Part shown: positions 1 through 14,000 of the stretch, in pieces
How the letters are laid out: each line of letters begins with the position of its first letter
Position numbering within the stretch: the first letter of the stretch is position 1
Source: Nemertoderma westbladi
Taxonomy: Eukaryota > Animalia > Xenacoelomorpha
Direction of reading: 5' to 3'
DNA: 64,000 nucleotides
NCBI GenBank assembly: GCA_032718475.1
Contig: JAUCBJ010008884.1
Span: 32,670 to 96,669 of the forward strand
Position numbers and translations under genes: made by a program
The notes under the pieces: generated by a model
What the model saw: the letters and a program-made list of their open reading frames with translations, nothing else
Databases searched by the model: none
What the model was told of the DNA's origin: nothing

Positions 1-3000
1 AGTCTAGAACTATAAAGTTATTGAGATAGTGGGCCAGTAGATAGGAGTCTAAAACTATATAAAGTTATTGAGATAGTAGACCAGTAGATAGGAGTCTAGA
101 ACTATAAAGTGATTGAGATAGTGGGCCAGTAGATAGGAGTCTAGAACTATAAAGTTATTGAGATAGTGGGTCAGTAGATAGGAGTCTAGAACTATAAAGT
201 TATTGAGATAGTGGATCAGTAGATAGGAGTCTAGAACTATAAAGTTATTGAGATAGTGGGTCAGTAGATAGGAGTCTAGAACTATAAAGTTATTGAGATA
301 GTGGGTCAGTAGATAGGAGTCTAGAACTATAAGAACTATAAAGTTATTGAGATAGTGGGTCAGTAGATAGGAGTCTAGAACTATAAAGTTATTGAGATAG
401 TGGGTCAGTAGATAGGAGTCTAGAACTATAAAGTTATTGAGATAGTGGGTCAGTAGATAGGAATCTAGAACTATAAATTTATTGAGATAGTGGGTCAGTA
501 GATAGGAGTCTAGAACTATAAAGTGATTGAGATAGTGGGCCAGTAGATAGGAGTCTAGAACTATAAAGTTATTGAGATAGTGGGTCATTAGATAGGAGTC
601 TAGAACTATAAAGTTATTGAGATAGTGGCCGTCAGTAGATAGGAGTCTAGAACTATATAAAGTTATTGAGATAGTGGGCCAGTAGATAGGAGTCTAGAAC
701 TATATAAAGTTATTGAGATAGTGGGCTAGTAGATAGGAGTCTAGAACTACAAAGTTATTGAGATAGTGGGCCAGTAGATAGGAGTCTAGAACTATAAAGT
801 GATTGAGATAGTGGGTCAGTAGATAGGAGTCTAGAAATATAAAGTTATTGAGATAGTGGGTCAGTAGATAGGATTCTAGAACTATAAAGTTATTGAGATA
901 GTGGGTCAGTAGATAGGAGTCTAGAACTATAAAGTGATTGAGATAGTGGGTCAGTTGATAGGAGTGTAGAACTATAAAGTTATTGAGATAGTGGGTCAGT
1001 AGATAGGAGTCTAGAACTATAAAGTTATTGAGATAGTGGGTCAGTAGATAGCAGTCTAGAACTATAAAGTTATTGAGATAGTGGGCCAGTAGATAGGAGT
1101 CTAGAACTATACAGTTATTGAGATAATGGGTCAGTAGATAGGAGTCTAGAACTATAAAGTGATTGAGATAGTGGGTCAGTAGATAGGAGACTAGAACTAT
1201 AAAGTTATTGAGATAGTGGGCCAGTAGATAGGAGTCTAGAACTATAAAGTGATTGAGATAGTGGGTCAGTAGATAGGAGTCTAGAACTATATAAATTTAT
1301 TGAGATAGTGGGCCAGTAGATAGGAGTCTAGAACTATAAAGTTATTGAGATTGGGCGTCATTAGATAGGAGTCTAGAACTATAAAGTTATTGAGATAGTG
1401 GGTCAGTAGATAGGAGTCTAGAACTATAAAGTTATTGAGATAATGGGTCAGTAGATAGGAGTCTAGAACTATATAAAGTTATTGAGATAGTGGGCCAGTA
1501 GATAGGAGTCTAGAGCTACAAAGTTATTGAGATAGTGGGCCAGTAGATAGGAGTCTAGAACTATAAAGTGATTGAGATAGTGGGTCAGTAGATAGGAGTC
1601 TAGAACTATAAAGTTATTGAGATAATGGGTCAGTAGATAGGAGTCTAGAACTATATAAAGTTATTGAGATAGTGGGCCAGTAGATAGGAGTCTAGAACTA
1701 TAAAGTTATTGAGATAGTGGGCCAGTACATAGGAGTCTAGAACTATAAAGTTATTGAGATAGTGGGTCATTAGATAGGAGTCTAGAACTATAAAGTTATT
1801 GAGATAGTGAGTCAGTAGATAGGAGTCTAGAACTATAAAGTTATTGAGATAGTGGGTCAGTAGATAGGAGTCTAGAACTATAAAGTTATTGAGATAGTGG
1901 GTCAGTAGATAAGAGTCTAGAACTATAAAGTTATTGAGATAGTGGGCCAGTAGATAGGAGTCTAAAACTATATAAAGTTATTGAGATAGTAGACCAGTAG
2001 ATAGGAGTCTAGAACTATAAAGTGATTGAGATAGTGGGCCAGTAGATAGGAGTCTAGAACTATAAAGTTATTGAGATAGTGGGTCAGTAGATAGGAGTCT
2101 AGAACTATAAAGTTATTGAGATAGTGGATCAGTAGATAGGAGTCTAGAACTATAAAGTTATTGAGATAGTGGGTCAGTAGATAGGAGTCTAGAACTATAA
2201 AGTTATTGAGATAGTGGGTCAGTAGATAGGAGTCTAGAGCTACAAAGTTATTGAGATAGTGGGCCAGTAGATAGGAGTCTAGAACTATAAAGTGATTGAG
2301 ATAGTGGGTCAGTAGATAGGAGTCTAGAACTATAAAGTTATTGAGATAATGGGTCAGTAGATAGGAGTCTAGAACTATATAAAGTTATTGAGATAGTGGG
2401 CCAGTAGATAGGAGTCTAGAACTATAAAGTTATTGAGATAGTGGGCCAGTACATAGGAGTCTAGAACTATAAAGTTATTGAGATAGTGGGTCATTAGATA
2501 GGAGTCTAGAACTATAAAGTTATTGAGATAGTGAGTCAGTAGATAGGAGTCTAGAACTATAAAGTTATTGAGATAGTGGGTCAGTAGATAGGAGTCTAGA
2601 ACTATAAAGTTATTGAGATAGTGGGTCAGTAGATAAGAGTCTAGAACTATAAAGTTATTGAGATAGTGGGCCAGTAGATAGGAGTCTAAAACTATATAAA
2701 GTTATTGAGATAGTAGACCAGTAGATAGGAGTCTAGAACTATAAAGTGATTGAGATAGTGGGCCAGTAGATAGGAGTCTAGAACTATAAAGTTATTGAGA
2801 TAGTGGGTCAGTAGATAGGAGTCTAGAACTATAAAGTTATTGAGATAGTGGATCAGTAGATAGGAGTCTAGAACTATAAAGTTATTGAGATAGTGGGTCA
2901 GTAGATAGGAGTCTAGAACTATAAAGTTATTGAGATAGTGGGTCAGTAGATAGGAGTCTAGAACTATAAGAACTATAAAGTTATTGAGATAGTGGGTCAG

Positions 3001-6000
3001 TAGATAGGAGTCTAGAACTATAAAGTTATTGAGATAGTGGGTCAGTAGATAGGAGTCTAGAACTATAAAGTTATTGAGATAGTGGGTCAGTAGATAGGAG
3101 GCTAGAACTATAAAGTTATTGAGATAGTGGGTCAGTAGATAGGAATCTAGAACTATAAATTTATTGAGATAGTGGGTCAGTAGATAGGAGTCTAGAACTA
3201 TAAAGTGATTGAGATAGTGGGCCAGTAGATAGGAGTCTAGAACTATAAAGTTATTGAGATAGTGGGTCATTAGATAGGAGTCTAGAACTATAAAGTTATT
3301 GAGATAGTGGCCGTCAGTAGATAGGAGTCTAGAACTATATAAAGTTATTGAGATAGTGGGCCAGTAGATACGAGTCTAGAACTATATAAAGTTATTGAGA
3401 TAGTGGGCTAGTAGATAGGAGTCTAGAACTACAAAGTTATTGAGATAGTGGGCCAGTAGATAGGAGTCTAGAACTATAAAGTGATTGGGATAGTGGGTCA
3501 GTAGATAGGAGTCTAGAAATATAAAGTTATTGAGATAGTGGGTCAGTAGATAGGATTCTAGAACTATAAAGTTATTGAGATAGTGGGTCAGTAGATAGGA
3601 GTCTAGAACTACAAAGTTATTGAGATAGTGGGCCAGTAGATAAGAGTCTAGAACTATAAAGTTATTGAGATAGTGGGTCAGTAGATAGGAGTCTAGAACT
3701 ATTTAAAGTTATTGAGATAGTGGGTCAGTAAATAGGAGTCTAGAACTATATAAAGTTATTGAGATAGTGGGCCAGTAGATAGGAGTCTAGAACTATAAAG
3801 TTATTGAGATAGTGGGTCAGTAGATAGGAGTCTAGATCTATAAAGTTATTGAGATAGTGGGCCAGTAGATACGAGTCTAGAACTATATAAAGTTATTGAG
3901 ATAGTGGGCCAGTAGATAGGAGTCTAGAACTATAAAGTTATTGAGATAGTGGGTCAGTAGCTAGGAGTCTAGAACTATAAAGTTATTGAGATAGTGTGTC
4001 AGTAGCTAGGAGTCTAGAACTATAAAGTTATTGAGATAGTGGGCCAGTAGATAGGAGTCTAGAACTATATAAAGTTATTGAGATAGTGGGCCAGTAGATA
4101 AGAGTCTAGAACTATAAAGTTATTGAGATAGTGGGTCAGTAGCTAGGAGTCTAGAACTATAAAGTTATTGAGATAGTGTGTCAGTAGCTAGGAGTCTAGA
4201 ACTATAAAGTTATTGAGATAGTGGGCCAGTAGATAGGAGTCTAGAACTATAAAGTTATTGAGATAGTGGGTCAGTAGCTAGGAGTCTAGAACTATAAAGT
4301 TATTGAGATAGTGTGTCAGTAGCTAGGAGTCTAGAACTATAAAGTTATTGAGATAGTGTGTCAGTAGCTAGGAGTCTAGAACTATAAAGTTATTGAGATA
4401 GTGGGCCAGTAGATAGGAGTCTAGAACTATAAAGTGATTGAGATAGTAGGTCAGTAGATAGGAGTCTAAAACTATAAAGTTATTGAGATAGTGGGTCAGT
4501 AGATAAGAGTCTAGAACTATAAAGTTATTGAGATAGTGGGCCAGTAGATAGAAGTCTAGAACTACTTAGTTATTGAGATAGAGGGGCCAGTAGATAGGAG
4601 TCTAGAACTATAAAGTTATTGAGATAGTGGTCCAGTAGATAGGAGTCTAGAACTATAAAGTGATTGAGATAGTGGGTCAGTTGATAGGAGTGTAGAACTA
4701 TAAAGTTATTGAGATAGTGGGTCAGTAGATAGGCGTCTAGAACTATAAAGTTCTTGAGATAGTGGGTCAGTAGATAGGAGTCTAGAACTATAAAGTTATT
4801 GAGATAGTGGGCCAGTAGATAGAAGTCTAGAACTATAAAGTTATTGAGATAGTGGGCCAGTAGATAGGAGTCTAGAACTACAAAGTTATTGAGATAGTGG
4901 GCCAGTAGATAGGAGTCTAGAACTATAAAGTGATTGAGATAGTGGGTCAGTAGATAGGAGTCTAGAAATATAAAGTTATTGAGATAGTGGGTCAGTAGAT
5001 AGGATTCTAGAACTATAAAGTTATTGAGATAGTGGGTCAGTAGATAGGAGTCTAGAACTACAAATTTATTGAGATAGTGGGCCAGTAGATAAGAGTCTAG
5101 AACTATAAAGTTATTGAGATAGTGGGTCAGTAGATAGGAGTCTAGAACTATTTAAAGTTATTGAGATAGTGGGTCAGTAAATAGGAGTCTAGAACTATAT
5201 AAAGTTATTGAGATAGTGGGCCAGTAGATAGGAGTCTGGAAATATATAAAGTTATTGAGATAGTGGGTCAGTAAATAGGAGTCTAGAACTATATAAAGTT
5301 ATTGAGATAGTGGGCCAGTAGATAGGAGTCTAGAACTATAAAGTTATTGAGATTGCGCGTCATTAGATAGGAGTCTAGAACTAAATAAAGTTATTGAGAT
5401 AGTGGGTCAGTAGATAGGAGTCTAGAACTAAATAAAGTTCTTGAGATAGTGGGTCAGTAGATAGGAGTCTAGAACTATAAAGTTATTGAGATAGTGGGCC
5501 AGTAGATAGAAGTCTAGAACTATAAAGTTATTGAGATAGTGGGCCAGTAGATAGGAGTCTAGAACTACAAAGCTATTGAGATAGTGGGCCAGTAGATAGG
5601 AGTCTAGAACTATAAAGTGATTGAGATAGTGGGTCAGTAGATAGGAGTCTAGAAATATAAAGTTATTGAGATAGTGGGTCAGTAGATAGGATTCTAGAAC
5701 TATAAAGTTATTGAGATAGTGGGTCAGTAGATAGGAGTCTAGAACTACAAAGTTATTGAGATAGTGGGCCAGTAGATAAGAGTCTAGAACTATAAAGTTA
5801 TTGAGATAGTGGGTCAGTAGATAGGAGTCTAGAACTATTTAAAGTTATTGAGATAGTGGGTCAGTAAATAGGAGTCTAGAACTATATAAAGTTATTGAGA
5901 TAGTGGGCCAGTAGATAGGAGTCTAGAAATATATAAAGTTATTGAGATAGTGGGTCAGTAAATAGGAGTCTAGAACTATATAAAGTTATTGAGATAGGGG

Positions 6001-6772
6001 GTCAGTAGATAGGAGTCTAGAACTATAAAGTTATTGAGATAGTGGGTCAGTAAATAGGAGTCTAAAACTATATAAAGTTATTGAGATAGTGGGTCAGTAG
6101 ATAGGAGTCTAGAACTATATAAAATTATTGAGATAGTGGGTCAGTAGATAGGAGTCTAGAACTAAATAAAGTTATTGAGATAGTGGTTCAGTAGATAGGA
6201 GTCTAGAAGTATATAAAGTTATTGAGATAGTGGGTCAGTAGATAGGAGTCTAGAACTATAAAGTTATTGAGATTGGGCGTCATTAGATAGCAGTCTAGAA
6301 CTATAAAGTTATTGAGATAGTGGTTCAGTAGATAGGAGTCTAGAATTATATAAAGTTATTGAGATAGTGGGCCAGTAGATAGGAGTCTAGAACTATAAAG
6401 TTATTGAGATAGTGGGTCAGTAGATAGGAGTCTAGAACTATAAAGTTATTGTGATAGTGGGTCAGTAGATAGGAGTCTAGAACTATATAAAGTTATTGAG
6501 ATAGTAGATAGGAGTCTAGAACTATAAAGTGATTGAGATAGTGGGTCAGTAGATAGGAGTCTAGAACTATAAAGTTATTGAGATAGTGGGTCAGTAGATA
6601 GGAGTCTAGAACTATATAAAGTTATTGAGATAGTGGGCCAGTAGATAGGAGTCTAGAACTATAAAGTGATTGAGATAGTGGGCCAGTAGATAGGAGTCTA
6701 GAACTATATAAAGTTATTGAGATAGTGGGCCAGTAGATAGGAGTCTAGAACTATAAATTTATTGAGATAGTG
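1..6772. repeat. 45-bp tandem satellite (about 150 monomers), consensus AGTCTAGAACTATAAAGTTATTGAGATAGTGGGTCAGTAGATAGG
   Basis: Continuous head-to-tail monomers, nearly all with one XbaI site (TCTAGA). Common variants are +TA (47 bp), GGGCCAG/GGGTCAG and a 9-bp AGAACTATA duplication. The array runs off the left edge. Confidence 0.98.
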
Positions 6773-7966
6773 TGTTCGCGCTTTCAGACCTTTGGCAGTT
6801 TAACCCGCCAAATTAGGATGTCTTCTAGATAATAAATCGCTTTAGCCTCTAACAAGTATTTGATTCACTACACTAGTTGAAACCAATCTGTGCGCGATCA
6901 TTCACCCGTTGGATATACCCGGGAGATTGACTTCGACGGCTTAATCGTATTGCTATGTAAGCCTAATGTATTATTCGACTGACAGTATTATATAATCTCT
7001 GACAATATTATTCACCTTCGGGGAATATTAACAGTTCCTTTAGGACGTGGCGCTCTATCTATATAAACAGAGTTATGACTTAAACTACTCACAACGATAT
7101 GGCTTAGTTACAATTCACATATATGGCGCATTCTTTAGGAAATGCTTCGTTATCAGTCTCACTCATACACAATGCTGCACAATACTGCACACTGATCTGC
7201 CGATCTTCACTGATTTTAGTCACATATAAAAGGAACACGGACCGAATCATGTAGGGTCTATCAAATAACATTAGATTCACTTCAAACCACTTTAACATAA
7301 GTCACAATCGTTATATGTAACCTTTCTCTCTTACCTTCGGTATATCAAGAATATTGGGTTTCGGGGTTATTTCTCGTTATTCCAAATATAATAATTCATC
7401 AACCATATTATGAAGAACCGACAGTAAATAGCAGTATAACAATATAAAAGTATGCACAGGTTGTTTGATTAGGTATGGTATGTTATGTTTGATAACGGAT
7501 ATATGTCCTTATAATTAAGCCTACTAGTGTAAGGCTAAAGCAGAAAAGCACAAAATACTCCAAAGCCGTTCTTCCTTGGCTCAGGACTGAATGATAACAC
7601 TGCCCATAATGCATTACGTGATTTCTCGGAAATTTCTGTACAAGAGCCATAAAAACGCTCTGATTGGTTGACTGAACTGAGAGATGCCGTAGAACAAAGA
7701 AAATCGACACGTATGAATATCAGCTGTTAACCGTCGTCATAGTAACTACTGTTCAAGAGTATCTCGCCTCTTTTGCGTCATAGAATTGCCATGGAACCAC
7801 CAACCATGTCTTCCAAAGTACACATACGGAAGAAATAGCTCTTAGGTCCTCTAAAAAACACCGATACAGCAATAATACGGCCTCTTACGCCTACTAAACC
7901 AACTACAGAGTATTTTACGGGAAAAATAAGGAAAAATAACCGGGCAATTCCGCAAAAGCTTTTACA
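6773..7966 (-). repeat. 3' LTR of element A (1194 bp)
   Basis: TGTTCGCG...GCTTTTACA on the plus strand. Matches 25366-26559 with one difference seen by eye (ACAGTAAATA vs ACAGTGAATA). Confidence 0.96.
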
Positions 7967-7974
7967 CCGCTCCC
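7967..7974 (-). other. Short polypurine tract of element A (GGGAGCGG)
   Basis: Purine-rich run immediately upstream of the 3' LTR on the minus strand. Confidence 0.55.
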
Positions 7975-8459
7975 AGAAAATGGGATTTTCAGTCTATAAA
8001 ATATAAAAATCACAGTTTCTAAAACATAAAGATACTCTAAACAGTTAGTTTTTCTTGCGCGGACGGCGTTCACGCAGTTTCCCGAGGCCAGCAAGAGTCC
8101 TTTTCACTTTGGGGCGAGCCACTTTACTAGAAAGGCTATAACTCCTGGGTAAAGGGTGCAATACAATTGCATTAGAAGGTTTGGGTATACGGTCGGAGCC
8201 TCGTCCATTTCGATATGCTTCTCCTCGAGCTGATTTTCCTCCGCTTGTCATGGGATACGTTCGTCCAAAACTTTCGCAGAGAATAGGGTTTTCTAAGCTT
8301 GATATCTTCTTAGAGATTCGAGATTTCCCAATCGAACTGAGATAAGGCCAATTCGTTTATCGATTGGACTTACTGTTATAACTTACGTTTATCTGAACAA
8401 ACGCAGGTTTCTTTTTTGATCTTTATAGAATAGCGTTTAACTCGTTTCGTACAACGCTC

Positions 8460-9354
8460 TCCTTCACCTTGATGAAGGGTTGTATCGCGTTAAACGGGGA
8501 CGACCATACGGTTGGATAGTGATATTAGGTGTCCGCGTCACAATCCGGCTAGGTAATATGGGCGACTAGCTAGAAATCACTGTCGGAGTGTTACTGATTA
8601 ATTGTTAGGGTAGCACTAGATCTTTGAACAGTGAATACAGTCCGCGAGGATCCGCGACACCACCAGGATCGCAGGTCTGAGGACCAACTAAGGAATGAGG
8701 AGGTTTGACCGAGTATTCCGGGACTCTGATCGTAGGTTTACTCCAGGATCGTTCGAGCCGAGTGAGCATAGGTGATACGTCAAACAAGTTTCGCTCGAAA
8801 CTCCAGTAAATATAACGAACACAACTGTGTTTAACACAACGTTTCCGTTGATGTTTATGTCTTTCCGTTTATTGGCTGGGTCTAGGGCATTTATCGTAAT
8901 AATACCAAAGACGCACGTCTTGAAGGGGAAACGTGGGTGATATTTATTTGTTGTTACAATGCTTCTATCAAGAATTCCAAATATATGTTGGAGTTACCGC
9001 GTTTATTTGTTTCTTTAATGTCTTTTCTTTCGAGTCGATTTCGAATAGGATTTTCGCATTAGAAATTTGGTTTATCGTTTCGACTCCTCTGGGTAGGATA
9101 TGTTCGACATAGTCCGTATCGTGTAAATTGATAGAATGGCCAATGGTTAAGAAGTCCATATACATACCATTACAATGCGTGTAGCGAGCGGTGAATTTTC
9201 CATAGTCCAATTCACGCGTAAGTTACTTCCAGGAAATCGTAGGTTCGATATAACGACCATCATCCTTCGTAGTAGTTGGACTAGTATCACCGCGTATCAA
9301 GCTATCAACAAACGCTTGAAAGTAGAGTATATCGCTCCCTGATACCAAGACCAT
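8460..9354 (-). pseudogene. Possible decayed accessory ORF in the 3' region of element A
   Basis: An ATG at 9354 and ORF-track fragments 8968-9210 and 8605-8787 share one frame, interrupted by several stops. No recognisable motif. Confidence 0.25.
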
Positions 9355-11027
9355 CTTCTATCAACTCCGTCATATCAGCTATATATGAGTTTATTAATAT
9401 TATAATGAGTTTATATTTAGGCTAGCGAGCGTCGCTGCCTACCACAATCAGCCCCCGGACAGTGCGAGATCCTCAGCGCCGATGTGTCGTCGCCGCTGTA
9501 CTTTCGCCAACGACGTAGCCGCACAACGACAACGACAACCGGCACAAGTCACTCGACTGTCCGTCCCAAAGGCTTAGATACACCTCAGGTTCTTACTGGA
9601 GAGTTAGGGTTACTTTCACAATTGCGACTCGCTACTGTAAACACACCTTAGTAGTAACATTCGCCTATAAACTCACAAATACCACACACACAACTTGTCA
9701 CAAATTACACATAATCGGGCCATTTGTCCGTTAGTCAATGCCTTACAGAATGTCACGTTATTATTATCTATGTACTAGCAGTGCGCTATTTATTCCCTAT
9801 GCTATTCAATGGGACAAGCTTTCTATTGTTCTTTTAACTCACTTCTAATTCTAGCGTGGTTGTTGCTATGGTGACATTATGCAAAGCTAGCGGTAGAATT
9901 AGGGTAATTCCAATGCATACAGATCTGGGATGTTATTTAATAGTAATTCTTTAATGGTCAATGTCCTGTTTTATACATGGCTTTATGAATTTTATCGGCT
10001 ATTGACTATGTTTGGGAGACTTTCGCACACTCATACGCATAATAAGATAAATCTCCGCTCCCTTGATCTATTAATTAATGGAATTTTGGGAATGTTATAA
10101 ATTGCGTAAAAATGGCAATTTATTAAATTCATTAAAAGGCATGAATTTAAATTTATTCCCTGAAATTTTATTATTTGGTAATTAAATTGACATATTTTGA
10201 TTCTAGAACATGTCTGGGGACACAAGATCCTTAATTCTATGACAATTGTCTTTTTAAGAATATCGGTAAATGCTACGATATCTTAATTGACTAGAATTGT
10301 TGAAGGATCTGAATTTTACAGATTTTGATTTATTGGATTTGCAAATATTAAATAATTAATATTTGAGATGGGCACCGATTTATTCCAGAACTTGTCTGGG
10401 GACGTTAACCACTGATTCTAGAATTTGTCTTTCAAGTATATCGGTGGGTGCCGCGATATCTTAATCGACTAGAATTACAGATGGTCAAAGGGTTTAACAG
10501 ATTTATTTTGCGTTATACGCTACTGTTAAAGGGACATCACGCTACTATATGTATTATTTAATATACGGTATGAGAGCAATATCGCACGAAGCAATGTCAG
10601 TGTGAAGAGGCAAGTCGTTTCCAAGGTCTACCCAGAGCTTGGTTTAGCCGAGACACGAGGATCTGAACTTTTCATTCCTAATACTCTGCCTACCAATAAT
10701 ACTTAAATATAATAGTGGCTTTATTGTACTTTAATAAGTACGGACATTTCATCTTACTGTAGTCACGTATTTATAATATGATACGGACAGTAAGGAAAGA
10801 GAAAAAAGAATTATTTCTTGCCGTCGCATTAAATATAATATATACGTAATTAAGTAATAAACGCGAATATATATTGCACTAATCTACTAAATAATCGCTA
10901 AAATAACATTCTACTGAATAAAATTAAAGAAAACGATTATAATAAAATTACATAGTAATACATACAGAAATATAAAAATAATAAAATAATATAAAATAAT
11001 AGAGTCACACACCCACTCCATATGTTG

Positions 11028-14000
11028 TTACGTTATGGAGTCCCTAGATGTTTGAAGGATTAGGGAGGTGGTCGTGGGAAGAGAATCTTGCCTTCCACAG
11101 TTTCCGGAGAGTCCTCCATTCCCTTCCGGTAAACACAAACGACCGACTGGGTGATTGAGTCGCTGCATCCCGAATACAATTCCAGATTTCCTCTTCGTCC
11201 TGGAATAGTGGCGATAGAAACATCGCTCTAAGTACACGACGGCCTTACAAAGCCGATTCCAGGAGCTATAGTGGTCCGTCGCTCCCTGCAGGAGAGGTGA
11301 GAGACCCTGCGAGACGTCTGATGTTCCAGAGCTCCAATCGCTCTCTCTGATCTTCATGAAGGATCCACTCGCGGTGGGGAGGTCCAGATCCACGGCGTCG
11401 TCCCTGGCAATATGTAATACCGACAGATCTATCCCGGGTTCAAATAACTCCGCTCCACCCGTCCGGGTTTTAGGTTTAACTTTCTCCGCTCCCTTGGCTG
11501 GTCTAATCTCAGTCGGAGTAAGATGGGGAGGCCATTCATCCTCCTTACTCAGAAAGTCGGGTTCACCTAACCGGTCTGTAGTATCTGTCAGTTCTTGAGG
11601 AGTTGCTCCTCTGGAAGCGATGTCAGTTGGATTAAACTTCTTGGGGCAATATCTCCATTGATCTACATTGGAGCTAATATCGTCATTATCTGAGGAGTAT
11701 GGTGTTCCCTCAGTTGGGTCGTCTCCCTCACTAGTATCATCTTCCCATTCACTCACCTGGCAGACGCGATCTTGAAGCAGTCTTTCTCTGAGCGTTCTTC
11801 GGGAAGGTCCAGTAAGGTACCAACCTACTCTAGTTCTTACCGCATAGGTCTGAAGTGGTTGCGGTTGAGCAGGTCGTTTCTCCAATGTCTCCAGCGCCTC
11901 ATGCGCGTTTTGACCGATTAATATTTGTACTCCAGGATAATCGGTGTCGAATCTAGGAATGTTAAGTTGTTGGGCATGATCATCTTCGTCCCAATTATAA
12001 GGTTCCACTTGGGTGGTAGCGAAGTTCTTTATTGCCACCATTTTGACTGACCTTATACTGTGTTCTCCTAGTTTATCCTGTGGAGTGGACAACTCACCTA
12101 TATAATAGTCGGCAGCCACAGCAGATTTCCAAACCTGCATGATCCCTGACATGCTTAGCTTGGTTCGGAACTTGGGTTGTCCAGCAAAGAGGTCTTCGGC
12201 TAGTTCTTTATCGATGAATGTTCCTGTGCTGCCGGAGTCCAGGAGGGCGTTCACTATATAGCTCTTCTGAGGTCCGTGGACCCGTATCTGGACTACAGAA
12301 AATTCTTGGATTCCTATATTGGAAGTTGGCGCTTTCCAAGATGGTTGTTGATCAGAAGTAGTTAAGGTAAGGTCGCTGTCTGGGTCTTTCTCATGCACGA
12401 GTGCTCGATACACTGCGGTGGTGTTTATTAGGTAACAGGATTCGTTTTGGTCGGTGAACTCGTCCGTATAGAATCCTTCCATCTCAGATTGATCAGTGTC
12501 GTTCACATCACTGAATTGGACATGTAGTTTGGACTCACTTACCTGACTCGGGCTGTTTCGTTCGAATTCCGTGTGCAACAAGATATGATGTTTTGCGCCG
12601 CACTTTGCACACCTTGCGTCGGAGTAACAGGTTCGCCGTTGGTGTCCTCGTCTGAGGCAATTATAACACAACCGCTTATCCCACATGACTTCATGTCTAT
12701 CCTTTAGTGATTTCCTCAGGAATTTATCACACGCATTTAAACGGTGGGGCCCGTCGCACAGCACACATTTGGGTTTGATGTTACTTACTTTAACCTGTGC
12801 TATGTGGTGCACATTCGTTCTTTCCTCGGGCTTTCTCACCTGAATTCTCTTGGGAGACGTAGGAGGAGTTTTTCTTACCTGTTCTCTCCTGTCATTGGTT
12901 CGAGACTTGAATTTACTTACCTGGTCTTTAGGCGTTTTATTGACATAATAAGATCTTTCAGTGTCTTTCCCGCTATCCTCTCCTTGAGAAGTCTGGCTTT
13001 CGCCGTCGTCTGTATAACACACTGGTGTTACCCTTCTCCTAGAAACGGGTTTCTCACTTACCTTACTTTCCTCTGTCTTCTCTCTGGACTGCTTTATGAG
13101 CTGTAATTTCACCTCGCTATCCAAGAATGACATGAGATCAGCCATGGTAGGGTCTCGTTGTTGTTGTTCCATCATGTATAACACTTTCTTGTCCCAGCGT
13201 GTACCTACTCCACCCTTCGGTAAAGTAGAAGCCACTGCTCTAATAACCATAGCACTCTGATACTCATGAGACTTACCTAGCCAATCTAATTGTCTGCAGA
13301 TCTCCTGAATTTCATCGGAAAACTCTATAATCCCGCTGCTAATAAACTTTCGGGGCGCTACCAACTTTGCATACAAATACCCAGCTATGTTATTCCTATT
13401 ACCATACCTGATGTTTAGTGTATCCCAAACTTGTCTTAATCCGTCTGGATGTCCAATAAACCTTAACGCCATTAACTTGGGAGATCCTTCCAAGCACTCG
13501 ATGAGGAATCTAAGTTTCTCTCCATTAGATAGTACAGAGTTCTGTATGTTATCTTTGTAATATTCATTAAAAGGTAACCATTTCATCTCACCTCCATTGA
13601 ACTTGACGATCTCTCCCACCTTTACCGCTTGCCGGGCTTCGGTTCTAGCCATTTGACGTGTAAAACTTTCTTGGGCCATCGTGTTATTTAATATCGAGTT
13701 ATCGGTATATAAATTTCTCGGATTATGATCCGTTCTATATGGAATATCATTATCAACAGGTCTATAATTACCCTTAATAGGGTTCACTATAGGAGTTTCT
13801 ACTTCGCTAGCAGTATAGATGCGTGTAGGCTCCACACCTTGCGCATGCGATACTTCAGACCTAACAGGTTGACACATTGTTACAGAGGGTGGTGGTATAC
13901 CCTTTTGTGTATTTACTAATTTATCGCGTTCTAGCGCGATACTTTGCTGCACTTCTTGCAACTCTAGCCTACTTTCCCTTACTGTGCCTTTGAATTGTTG

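Noticed and set aside
55-3270. ORFs of repeated HYLNNFIVLDSYLLT peptide (also at 27.4k, 29.5-30.2k, 37.5k, 44.3k, 53.1k and 54.8k)
   Set aside because: By-product of a 45-bp monomer (15 codons) with one stop-free frame. Frequent +2 TA indels break it, so there is no sign of coding constraint.
7047-7710. Short ORFs inside the LTRs (also 15980-16171, 23070-23261, 25640-26303, 59161-59856)
   Set aside because: They recur only because LTR DNA is duplicated; A and D versions differ by frameshifts and mostly use non-ATG starts.
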